From: a virus
Taxonomy: Duplodnaviria; Caudoviricetes
DNA length: 62,523 bases
Strand: one strand, 5' to 3'
IMG/VR virus record: IMGVR_UViG_3300027969_000104
Coordinates: 1-62,523 of that record
The notes beneath the pieces are model-generated. The model was given only the letters and a program-made list of their open reading frames with translations. It was not told the DNA's origin and ran no database searches. Below, in pieces: positions 11,301 through 18,722 of the stretch. How positions within the stretch are numbered: position 1 is the first letter of the stretch; each line of letters starts with the position of its first letter. The position numbers and the translations under genes are program-made.

Positions 11301-12058
11301 CGGCTGCTGTTTGCGCTACTGGCAACGTGTACGCCGGCAATGTCGCAGCCTCTGGCAATGTATCCGGCGTTTATATTTTAGGTAACGGCAGTGGATTAAC
11401 TAGTTTACCAGCTCCAGTCGTTACACAAGATATTACCTCCAACGGTGCTATGAGTATAATGACGTATGATGGTAACATAAAATATGTAAACAATGCTACT
11501 ATTGAACCATCCTCCGGCAACATCGCTGGTGGCAATATCAGTGCTAGTGGCAATATCACAGGTAGCAATATTCTGTTTGGATCTGGTATTGTGAGTGGTA
11601 CTGGCAACATAAATGGTAACATTGGTACGTTTACTACCCATAACGGAACAACATTTAGTGCCTCTGGCAATATTACTGGTGGAAATATTAGTGCTAGTGG
11701 CAATATCTCAGGCAACACAAACGGTTTTGCAATCGGTTACTTGAGTATTCCACAAGTTGCGGCAGGTAACGCAACACTAGCTCTAACTGATGCAGGTAAA
11801 CATTACTACTCAACATCAGCAGGTGACTTTACATTAACTATTCCAACTAATGCTAACGTAGCATTTGATACTGGTACAGCAATAAGTATTGTTGTTCAAT
11901 CTGTAGGCAACATATTAGTTAATGCGGCATCAGGTGTAACATTGTATATGGCAGGCAACTCAACTGCTGGTAACAGAGTTGTAAGTACCTACGGTATGGC
12001 AACATTAATGAAAGTTGCAAGTGACACTTGGTTCATTAACGGTACAGGAGTAGCATAA
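8303..12058 (+). CDS. Mosaic tail fibre/adhesin-like protein
   Basis: 1251 aa; SATGNITG repeats, YadA-head-like AVAIG repeats; AGGAG SD; ACTAAATA at 8267-8274. Confidence 0.75.
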   Translation: MADGNFGNVSATGNIVADGYISAAGNVTAANLLFASPTTANISVGNIGLYNNLNMVGSLSTSGNVLADRITGNLVTANQPNITSVGTLSSLAVTGNATSGNVLTSGIISSTGNATHSNVTAGIVSANAVLANTITFNSPTTSNIDVGNLALYSNLNMTGSISSAGNITGARLIGNLFTANQPNITSIGTLTSLSVSGNATVGNVLTSGIVSSAGNATHGNVAAGIISANAILANTITFNSPTTANIDVGNLAIYSNLNMTGSMSAGGNIRGNYFLGNGYYLTGISGVASNYGNSNVAAYLPTYTGNLTANIISTTGNITGSYILGNGSQLTGITSSYGNANTANFLANFGSNTISTTGSISAGDVTLNNLYSPNYFANAVAFANATGYITTSSLFKYNSGTEVLTVGTVSATGNITANYFVGNGSQLTDLPTGYSNADVSTYLANSNVVISTTGNITGSYILGNGSQLTGIAASYGNANVVANLAALGSNPISTTGNITAGNISTGVITLTNGATIQDTVGDAVAFGSGAGLTNQGLVAVAIGNSAGNVNQGNISVAIGYQAGNTSQGDQSVAIGDSAGKTTQGESSVAVGQGAGQTTQGGSAIAIGFGAGAATQGTSAIAFGRLAGQTTQGISAVAVGDGAGQDTQGQYAVAIGYGAGNSNQANNSIILNATGSVLEQTTVNTFTVKPVRQANTANAMYYDASTGEITYDTAGGGGNTGNVTFNDINIIGTGNLKLQPDSANASAYLDIFLTGGPDIHIAGNGETVILGTDDFANVTVNIDGNVSIQSGDANGTHTWNFDTTGNLSLPLNSVVYETNIPDGGLSGSAIALKPTGGTNADQQLLIYPTTNDANHLHLTSGNLYSTELFFGNDNLYVKLANTGNVVINSNNGIGNSAQWTFDTTGNLTTPGGMIINGNTNTIGTQTALLQAANDLPLSFIASGANGSVTSFWAEDFANLMTSNIAAIYTPLQNTQTVRIVTGSNGGNIAIYDFDDQGMFTAAAVCATGNVYAGNVAASGNVSGVYILGNGSGLTSLPAPVVTQDITSNGAMSIMTYDGNIKYVNNATIEPSSGNIAGGNISASGNITGSNILFGSGIVSGTGNINGNIGTFTTHNGTTFSASGNITGGNISASGNISGNTNGFAIGYLSIPQVAAGNATLALTDAGKHYYSTSAGDFTLTIPTNANVAFDTGTAISIVVQSVGNILVNAASGVTLYMAGNSTAGNRVVSTYGMATLMKVASDTWFINGTGVA
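8405..9110 (+). repeat. 306-nt (102 aa) internal tandem duplication, about 2.3 copies
   Basis: ANQPNITS codons at 8531 and 8837; SPTT.NI.VGN..LY.NLNM.GS occurs three times. Confidence 0.85.
9905..10291 (+). repeat. 48-nt (16 aa) tandem repeat x8, QGxxAVAIGxxAGxxx
   Basis: Gln codons at 9905, 9953, 10001, 10049, 10097, 10145, 10193, 10241 and 10289. Confidence 0.9.
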
Positions 12059-12798
12059 TGAGTGGCGCAATAATGGCCGTAATGTCTAACACTCCATCAC
12101 GGGTAAGTTATACTGCTCTTGCTGGTAGCCTACAGTTTAACGGAAGCAATCAGTATCTTAGTATAACTCCCGGCGCCGCACTAGGCACCGGTGCTTACAC
12201 TATAGAAGGTTGGTGTTACAACAACGGTACATATGCTAATCAAGCCGCATTGGTTGCCACAGATCAATCAGGTGCTCTAAGCCTATTCAACACTGACGCA
12301 CAGTCATTTACACTAGACAAATACGGTGGTGGTGGTGCAAGAACTTATACTTTTCCCAGTAACACCTTGCAAGTCAATAAGTGGCAGTATATCATACTCA
12401 ATCGCAATGCTAGTACACAGGTAGAAACTATGTGGGTGGGTACTTTTGTCAATACTAGTGCTTATGTAACTTGTAACCGTGCTACCGGTGCCGCAGGCGG
12501 AACCAGTATCAGCGGCGGAACACAGGTAAACAATCTTGATTACACAGGTGTTTGTAACTGGATAGGCAGATTCTACGGTGGCTATTGGCCTGGTTTTATT
12601 ACCAACCTTAGAATCACTGTTGGAACAGCTGTGTATAACAGCACTAGTAGCACAGTCATAGCACCTTCAGCACCGTTAGCAAGTTTGGCTAATACCAAAT
12701 ATCTGATGTTGGGTGCGGTAGTTACTGCAGACACCTCAGGTACACAAACTGTGACTAACAACGGCACAGTGACACAAATTGCAACTAAACCGTTCTAA
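12058..12798 (+). CDS. ConA-like lectin/LamG-domain virion protein
   Basis: GSLQFNGSNQYL, YTIEGWCY, WQYI, GFITNLRIT motifs; coupled (TAATG) to the fibre gene. Confidence 0.75.
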   Translation: MSGAIMAVMSNTPSRVSYTALAGSLQFNGSNQYLSITPGAALGTGAYTIEGWCYNNGTYANQAALVATDQSGALSLFNTDAQSFTLDKYGGGGARTYTFPSNTLQVNKWQYIILNRNASTQVETMWVGTFVNTSAYVTCNRATGAAGGTSISGGTQVNNLDYTGVCNWIGRFYGGYWPGFITNLRITVGTAVYNSTSSTVIAPSAPLASLANTKYLMLGAVVTADTSGTQTVTNNGTVTQIATKPF

Positions 12799-12803
12799 AA
12801 ATT

Positions 12804-12830
12804 AAAAAGCACCGTTTGGTGCTTTTTTTT
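12804..12830 (+). terminator. Rho-independent terminator (possibly bidirectional)
   Basis: AAAAAGCACC-GTTT-GGTGCTTTTTTTT. Confidence 0.85.
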
Positions 12831-12887
12831 ACAGTTCTCACCCGGCCAACCGAAACGTGTGCCAAGCTAATTCTTATAAATATTTAC

Positions 12888-13565
12888 ATGAAAATTACTG
12901 AAATCCTCAACGAATTTAAAACATACCATGGCTCTTCACGAATGTTTGATAAATTTTCACTGGATAAAGTACTAAGCGGAGAAGGGAATGTAAGCTACGG
13001 ATACGGAATATATGTAGCAGGCAATCCGGGAACAGGCAAACATTATGCCATGGTAGCGCATGAAGCAAATAAAGCTAGAATATTTGATAAAAAATCTCAA
13101 ATAAGTGCCATCAAACACAAGTTAGCAAGAGTTTCATATCGCGGACAAATATCAATAAGTCCACAGGAACGACAAGAATTAATTAAAACTCAAAAAATTC
13201 TAGAAAAAGAAGTTATTGATTTTGAAAAAGGTCTTGGAAAAAAGTTTTATGAATTAAATGTAAATGATGATATTGTTCCATATTTGTTTGATTTAGATAA
13301 AAAATTATCAGAACAAACACCTCAAGTAAAAAAATCATTAGTGAAACTAGGTGTTGATTTATCTCAATCAATCACTGGATTTAGATTATTAAAACAAATG
13401 GAAGAACAAAATGATGTTAAAACAACATCTGAACAACTCCATGCTGCTGGAATATCTGGAACAAAATATTTTGATCGCGGAAGTCGTGATTCATCAAGTA
13501 GTACATTTAACTACGTGATATTTGATCCTGCAAATATTACAATAACAAAAGTTATTGAATTATAG
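12888..13565 (+). CDS. ADP-ribosyltransferase-like protein (ART-PolyVal type) with putative capsid-targeting leader
   Basis: YHGS...FDKF...GEG...YGYGIY and GISGTKYFD.GSR...NYVIFD motifs; start re-assigned to ATG 12888 (MKITEILNE), 5 nt after TATAAATA at 12875-12882. Confidence 0.6.
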   Translation: MKITEILNEFKTYHGSSRMFDKFSLDKVLSGEGNVSYGYGIYVAGNPGTGKHYAMVAHEANKARIFDKKSQISAIKHKLARVSYRGQISISPQERQELIKTQKILEKEVIDFEKGLGKKFYELNVNDDIVPYLFDLDKKLSEQTPQVKKSLVKLGVDLSQSITGFRLLKQMEEQNDVKTTSEQLHAAGISGTKYFDRGSRDSSSSTFNYVIFDPANITITKVIEL

Positions 13566-14361
13566 CCTTTTTACAGTTATCACCGTGCCAACGAGCGTAC
13601 CCGTTCACTGCTACATGTTGATCACAATGTGGGCATAGTTTCTTTTCACGCTTGCTACCCCTAACTGCGTCTGCTTTCTTTTGTTTTGTTTCTTCTGATT
13701 GCTTACGTCCAGTTGCTTTCTCAGACATTTTAGCAATCGTTTCTGCTGAATGTGACTTGCCGTAATTTGGATTACCTTCACCTGAATACATTTTACTTCT
13801 TTCTAATTTGTATTCTTCGCTATATGGCTTTCTTTCAATCCCATCATTCTTTCTTTTTATCCAAGCTGCTTTTTGTTTTTCTTTTTCATGCACAGGTTGT
13901 TTTCTTCCAGTAATTTTCTTACTATGCTCTTCTTTTTGTTCAGCAGTCCGACTAATTCCGTAATTAGGATTACCTTCTCCTTTCATTGACTCACTTTGTA
14001 ATCTTGCCCGCTCAGCTCTTACACCAGCAAGTCTACGAGATGAAAAATATCGTTTACCTTCTTGTCTTGTGTTTACCATGCTACGCATTTCATATGCTTT
14101 AAGCACTTTAAAGTATGCTTGTTTATTATCTTTATGTATCTTCGTTAATAGATAATGTACTAACTCATGTTCCCTATCAGTTAAGTGGGTTATATTTTCT
14201 ATGGCATCACTGTCACCAATTATCCAACCACTCGGACCTTTTCTTTTGCGAATTGAGTAAAATGACTCAGGGATAATATGATGTTTTTCAGTATATCCTT
14301 CAATTACCCGAGTTTGTCCTCGTTTACAGATGTTGTTGTACCATTTTGTGTATTTGTTCAT
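13552..14361 (-). CDS. Free-standing HNH-type homing endonuclease with NUMOD3 repeats
   Basis: EKHHIIP...HLTDREHELVH nuclease motif; GNPNYGKSHSAETIAKMS NUMOD3-like repeats; C-terminal CPHC...HGDNC; start re-assigned to ATG 14361 because the longer ORF overlaps the gp23 terminator. Confidence 0.8.
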   Translation of the reverse strand: MNKYTKWYNNICKRGQTRVIEGYTEKHHIIPESFYSIRKRKGPSGWIIGDSDAIENITHLTDREHELVHYLLTKIHKDNKQAYFKVLKAYEMRSMVNTRQEGKRYFSSRRLAGVRAERARLQSESMKGEGNPNYGISRTAEQKEEHSKKITGRKQPVHEKEKQKAAWIKRKNDGIERKPYSEEYKLERSKMYSGEGNPNYGKSHSAETIAKMSEKATGRKQSEETKQKKADAVRGSKREKKLCPHCDQHVAVNGYARWHGDNCKKAIIQ

Positions 14362-14366
14362 GTGTT

Positions 14367-14415
14367 TATTTATGTTTGTTAATTCAATAGTAACATTTTT
14401 ATAAACAACAGTCAA
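14367..14415 (-). promoter_or_regulatory. Tandem sigma70-like (TTGACT-17-TACTAT) and late (CATAAATA) promoters of the endonuclease
   Basis: -35 at 14410-14415, -10 at 14387-14392 with TGn extension; late box at 14367-14374. Confidence 0.55.
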
Positions 14416-14416
14416 C

Positions 14417-14440
14417 AAAAAAGACACATTTCTGTGTCTT
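14417..14440 (-). terminator. Terminator after the major capsid gene
   Basis: AAGACACA-GAAA-TGTGTCTT-TTTT; preceded by a second GAAA-loop hairpin at 14469-14498. Confidence 0.85.
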
Positions 14441-14506
14441 CCTTGTCTTCCCATCCCTAGGAAATTTTTTCTGTATAACAATTTCTTGCTGTACAGAATC
14501 TTTCTT

Positions 14507-15703
14507 TTAGCTAAAGCTGAGATTTTGGACCGCTATCTCGCCTACATAATCGGCAGCGTTACCAAAACTCGAGGCCGTGTTAGTGAGCTCCACAAACCCG
14601 TACCTTGTCATAAATGATACGACTGGTTCGAATGTGCTTGGATCCAACACAACGCCAGAACTCATCAGAGGAATGTATGGGCAATAGAACGCAGCGGCAT
14701 CAGCCTCTGACGAACCTTTGTAACCAACTAGAACTGATTGTGTATCTGGAGCATAGCTGTTTACGAATACACGTAATGAACCGTTTAGTGTACCGACAAA
14801 CTTAGTGTTTGTAGGTGCTTCAAAAGTTCCTTCTGTTGTACGAGCAAAAGCTGATGTTGTTGCAGATTGCAGTACTGTTAATGCAGCACTTGAAACAACG
14901 GCCCAGTTACCAGCGCCACGACGAGTACGTTGGGCGATTAGGTTGGCAACACGGTTGATCAGAACGGCTAATGCAGCGTGTTCATCACCAACGAATGTAG
15001 CAGTACCTGATACTGTAGCTTGGTTGTATGTGTACTCTGTAGCAGCCAATGAGCTTAACGATAAGAGGATCTCTTGATCGATTTCAGCTGTGATTTCTTG
15101 AGCTAAAGCAGCCATAATTTCTGCTTCAACGTCAATACCGTGCATAGCTTGGGCGTCTTGTGCTGATTCAAATGTCCAACGAGCTTGTAACTTACGTGTC
15201 TTTGCTTCGACGGCTTGTTTCAAGATTTGGATACTGATTTGCTTACCGCCAGTACCTTCCATAGTAGCAGTATTGTTACCGGTATAAGCGGTAGCAGTAG
15301 TAGTACCTTGTGGAACTGTTGAGTATGCTGTAGCGATGGTGAATGGGCTTAAAGCTTCTTGACCAGCTGTTACACTTGTAGCGGCTAAGCTATTGTCAGT
15401 CAATGACTGAGCATAACGTACACGTAGAGTATGGATCTGGGATACAGGTCCTGTCATTGGTTGTACACCAACCAACTCGTTAGCGATAACGGTTGGCATT
15501 ACACGTCGGATAACTGGCAGAATTACACGGTTTAATGTAGCAATGTTGCCTGACGCGGTTGAACCCGATGTTGCATTTTCTTTCAAATACTTACGGGTGT
15601 TTTCTAGGATTACAGACATTGAGCTACGCTTTGAGCCGCCTAGGCCTTCTAGCAATGCATCTTTTGTCTCGCCCCAACGGCTTTCTAATAACGCTTGTGA
15701 CAT
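14507..15703 (-). CDS. gp23: Major capsid protein (T4 gp23-like)
   Basis: VGVQPMTGP, TRKLQARWT, EITAEIDQE, FYCPYIPL, MTRYG motifs. Confidence 0.97.
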   Translation of the reverse strand: MSQALLESRWGETKDALLEGLGGSKRSSMSVILENTRKYLKENATSGSTASGNIATLNRVILPVIRRVMPTVIANELVGVQPMTGPVSQIHTLRVRYAQSLTDNSLAATSVTAGQEALSPFTIATAYSTVPQGTTTATAYTGNNTATMEGTGGKQISIQILKQAVEAKTRKLQARWTFESAQDAQAMHGIDVEAEIMAALAQEITAEIDQEILLSLSSLAATEYTYNQATVSGTATFVGDEHAALAVLINRVANLIAQRTRRGAGNWAVVSSAALTVLQSATTSAFARTTEGTFEAPTNTKFVGTLNGSLRVFVNSYAPDTQSVLVGYKGSSEADAAAFYCPYIPLMSSGVVLDPSTFEPVVSFMTRYGFVELTNTASSFGNAADYVGEIAVQNLSFS

Positions 15704-15723
15704 TTAAGTCTCCTTTTTTCTTT

Positions 15724-16818
15724 TTACAGCCCTGCCAACCGCTTAAGATCAATGACGTTACTTTCGGTATCGTCTTCTTGTTCTTGGACACGGGCAGATT
15801 TATCGCCAGTTGCTTCGGTTAATGTTTCTGTAAAGACTTTTTTAGCTTTCACAGAGCGATTTTCTAAAACTGCTGGTAGATACTTTTCAAAAGCACCTTT
15901 CAAACGTGGAGTTTGAACGCTTTCAAGTAAATTACGCATTACTTCTGCTTTCTCTTCATTTAGAGGAGATAACAATTCTTCCATTGTACGGTTACGTACA
16001 TTAGATTCTTTTAGGATGCGTACTTCACGTTCTTTGGATTCGACTAAGACAGTTGCTTTCTTAGCGAATTTGATGGCTTCAGCAATTTTTTGATCTTTGT
16101 AAGCAATCATATCGTGCAGTTTACGGACTTCAGCTTTCTCATTGAGGTGAGTAGCTCCGAATTCTGTACTATATGCTTCAAAAATACGACGACCAAAATT
16201 GTTCTCACGAGCAATTTGGATGTCTTCTTTCAATTGGCTGAGTTCAGACTTAAGATGCTTGGATACGGCTTGTGACATTTTTTGTGCAGATTCTTTTACG
16301 AAACGGCTTTTTAGTGATTCTAATTGGCCACGTGCATTTTGAACCAGGCGAACCTTAGTTTCAACTACATCACGTTTATCTTCTTGGAATTCACGAATTT
16401 CACGAGCTAACGCATGAACGATAAAACCTTCTAACTTTTGAAGGCCCTCATTATGTGTTTTACGATCTCGACGCAATTCGCCAATTTCTTCTGCTAATTT
16501 AGATACCATGAAGTTGTTAAACTTGTTTGTATCTTCTTTAATTTTGCGTTGGAATTTGACACGATCTTCAGCAAGTGCGGCTTTTTCGGCCTTAATTTGC
16601 TGAACTTCTGCGACAAGACTTTCTGTTACCATGCGATCTAAGGCTTCCACCATCACTGATTTGTCATGCTCGTAGCGTTGAGCAAACTCTTCTCGGAGTT
16701 CTGCTCGTGCTTGTTCTTTGGCTTCAACAATCTTGGCTTCCCAAGCTTCATTGATTTCAGCTCTTGCTTCCTCAGTAACAAACTCGCTATCTAGTAACGG
16801 TTTCAATGCGTCTAGCAT
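15724..16818 (-). CDS. gp22: Prohead scaffolding/core protein (gp22-like)
   Basis: Coiled-coil, E/K/R-rich, between protease and capsid genes; start moved to ATG 16818 after GAAGGA SD. Confidence 0.85.
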   Translation of the reverse strand: MLDALKPLLDSEFVTEEARAEINEAWEAKIVEAKEQARAELREEFAQRYEHDKSVMVEALDRMVTESLVAEVQQIKAEKAALAEDRVKFQRKIKEDTNKFNNFMVSKLAEEIGELRRDRKTHNEGLQKLEGFIVHALAREIREFQEDKRDVVETKVRLVQNARGQLESLKSRFVKESAQKMSQAVSKHLKSELSQLKEDIQIARENNFGRRIFEAYSTEFGATHLNEKAEVRKLHDMIAYKDQKIAEAIKFAKKATVLVESKEREVRILKESNVRNRTMEELLSPLNEEKAEVMRNLLESVQTPRLKGAFEKYLPAVLENRSVKAKKVFTETLTEATGDKSARVQEQEDDTESNVIDLKRLAGL

Positions 16819-16819
16819 A

Positions 16820-17470
16820 TTATTTTCCTTCAATCTTCAGACCACGTATTAAACGAATTACTTCATTTGATACGTACTTCTGTGCTTTGTTGCTGTTAGC
16901 CGGATTCTTAAACATTTCCAATAACTTTTGTCCGCCGGCATGGTTTAATAAGCCTTCGTAAATTGCTGTTGGATATGCGTTTGGAGCACTTGGCTGAGCA
17001 ACTACATCGACAGTGACGATTTCAAAGTCACTGACATGTCCGTTGGAGTCGTTGACATTTCCTGATCCACGACTACTAACCCCTAATTTCACACCTTGAT
17101 CTAACATTGTTTTCACAAGTAAACCCATTGGTGTTCCTAATATTTTTAATTTGCCATAACCACAATGTCCTTCCATCCACATTTTTTCAATCATATGTGA
17201 AACACGATCTAAATTAATCTTAAGATCATCGGGATGGTCAACTTCACCTAATACAGAATGACCTGTTTTAAGTTGTTCATTAACTGTGTCTACTGCTTTG
17301 GCAATTTCATTTACTGGATATATACGCTCATTGGCATTTCGTATGCCACCCTCAATACAAATACCCTTCATATAAAGAGTTTTGCCGCCATCTTTGGCTT
17401 CCTCAGTTAAAAGTTCGACTTTTGCCTGAGTGAAGCTTAGATGTTCTTTGAGATATGTGTTGCGAGCCAT
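16820..17470 (-). CDS. gp21: Prohead core protease (gp21-like)
   Basis: RNANERIYP, LGEVDHP, LGVSSRGSG, DVVAQPSAPNA motifs. Confidence 0.95.
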   Translation of the reverse strand: MARNTYLKEHLSFTQAKVELLTEEAKDGGKTLYMKGICIEGGIRNANERIYPVNEIAKAVDTVNEQLKTGHSVLGEVDHPDDLKINLDRVSHMIEKMWMEGHCGYGKLKILGTPMGLLVKTMLDQGVKLGVSSRGSGNVNDSNGHVSDFEIVTVDVVAQPSAPNAYPTAIYEGLLNHAGGQKLLEMFKNPANSNKAQKYVSNEVIRLIRGLKIEGK

Positions 17471-17479
17471 ATCAGTCTA

Positions 17480-18379
17480 TTAACCTTTTGGAAAAGGTGT
17501 TTTTGTATTAACGCCAGATGCTTGCGCTAAATGTGGCTTTGGAGCTGGTGCTAATTTAGCATTTGCGCCGCCTTTTGCTGGAACATTTTTGAATGAACCT
17601 GCACCTGGAAGATCGCCACGGCCTTTGTCAGCATAGCTTGTTGGAGCTTTGTATGCAGCTGTACCATCTGGATTTGATTCAGATGCTACATTGCGCACTG
17701 GCTTACCTTGCATACCGGCCGCGCCCGAGTTAAATGTTGTTGGTGATTTAGTATTAACACCGTTGTCACCCATTTTTGCAGGAGCAACTTTCTCTAAACT
17801 AACACCTTCCATCATACCCTGCTGGTCATCAAATTCTGATGTGTCATCATCGGTGTAAGCATCGCCGCCAACATCGCCATCAACTGGTTCCATGTCAAAG
17901 TCGTCGCCTTCTTCGTCGCCCATTTCAGCTTCTTCGTCGCCCATTAAAGCTTCAAATTCAGCCATTAATTCGTCAAGTTTGTCTTCAAGATCAACTACAC
18001 GGTCTTCAAGATCTTCTTCGCCGCCAAATTCTTCGCCGTCATCTTCGCCATCATCATGATCATGTTCCATATCTTTGGTAAGATCTTCGCCGTCTTCTTC
18101 AGCTTCGTCATCAAATTCAGAATCTTCTTCATCTTCTGCATCATCTTCTTCTTCGTTCATGCCTTGTTGATCAGTTTCAACTTCTCGTGTCATGTCCTGA
18201 CTAGCAGAGCCAGAAGTATCGTTCATATCTTCATCGATATCTTCGTCTTCTTCTTCATTCATTAAATTTTCATAAATTTCGCGTGATTTCTCAACTACGA
18301 TGTTATGGAAAAGCTCGCGGGCTTTTTGTTCGTCATCGTTAATCACATACTCGATTAACTGTTCAAATTTCGATGTCAT
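17480..18379 (-). CDS. Acidic prohead core protein (positional gp67/gp68 analogue)
   Basis: Very D/E-rich; lies between portal and protease; AAGGAG SD. Confidence 0.65.
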   Translation of the reverse strand: MTSKFEQLIEYVINDDEQKARELFHNIVVEKSREIYENLMNEEEDEDIDEDMNDTSGSASQDMTREVETDQQGMNEEEDDAEDEEDSEFDDEAEEDGEDLTKDMEHDHDDGEDDGEEFGGEEDLEDRVVDLEDKLDELMAEFEALMGDEEAEMGDEEGDDFDMEPVDGDVGGDAYTDDDTSEFDDQQGMMEGVSLEKVAPAKMGDNGVNTKSPTTFNSGAAGMQGKPVRNVASESNPDGTAAYKAPTSYADKGRGDLPGAGSFKNVPAKGGANAKLAPAPKPHLAQASGVNTKTPFPKG

Positions 18380-18467
18380 ATTATCTCCTTGGATGATGGC
18401 TCGTGCTAATACTTAGCACTAACTAATAATATTATCAATTTAAGACGAAAAAAATGACTATTTTATG

Positions 18468-18695
18468 TTACATCTGTGGACCAGCAGGCTCAACTGGAGG
18501 AGAATATTGCGCCTTGACATATTTTAATTTGCTTTTATGTTCTATTTTACGAATATCATTCATCTGACGTAATTTACGAATTTGGGTTAATGTCAACCTA
18601 GTCTTACGTAATTGACCCATTTGAGGTTGAGAATTATCGTTTTCTAAATCTTGATAAGATTCAGGACTTTTTTCGTAGATTTCGTTTAGTATCAT
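18468..18695 (-). CDS. Small head-module protein
   Basis: 75 aa MILNEIYE...RKTRLTLTQIRKLR; GATAAATA 7 nt upstream. Confidence 0.65.
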   Translation of the reverse strand: MILNEIYEKSPESYQDLENDNSQPQMGQLRKTRLTLTQIRKLRQMNDIRKIEHKSKLKYVKAQYSPPVEPAGPQM

Positions 18696-18722
18696 GATTT
18701 ATTATTTATCTTTTTACTTTAG

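Noticed and set aside
8303-12798. Diversity-generating retroelement acting on fibre genes
   Set aside because: No reverse transcriptase seen, and repeats differ at all bases rather than only at adenines
12816-12887. Upstream starts given in the ORF track (7074, 12816, 14481, 16833, 35799)
   Set aside because: They overlap terminators, promoters or upstream genes; downstream ATGs fit promoter/SD positions better
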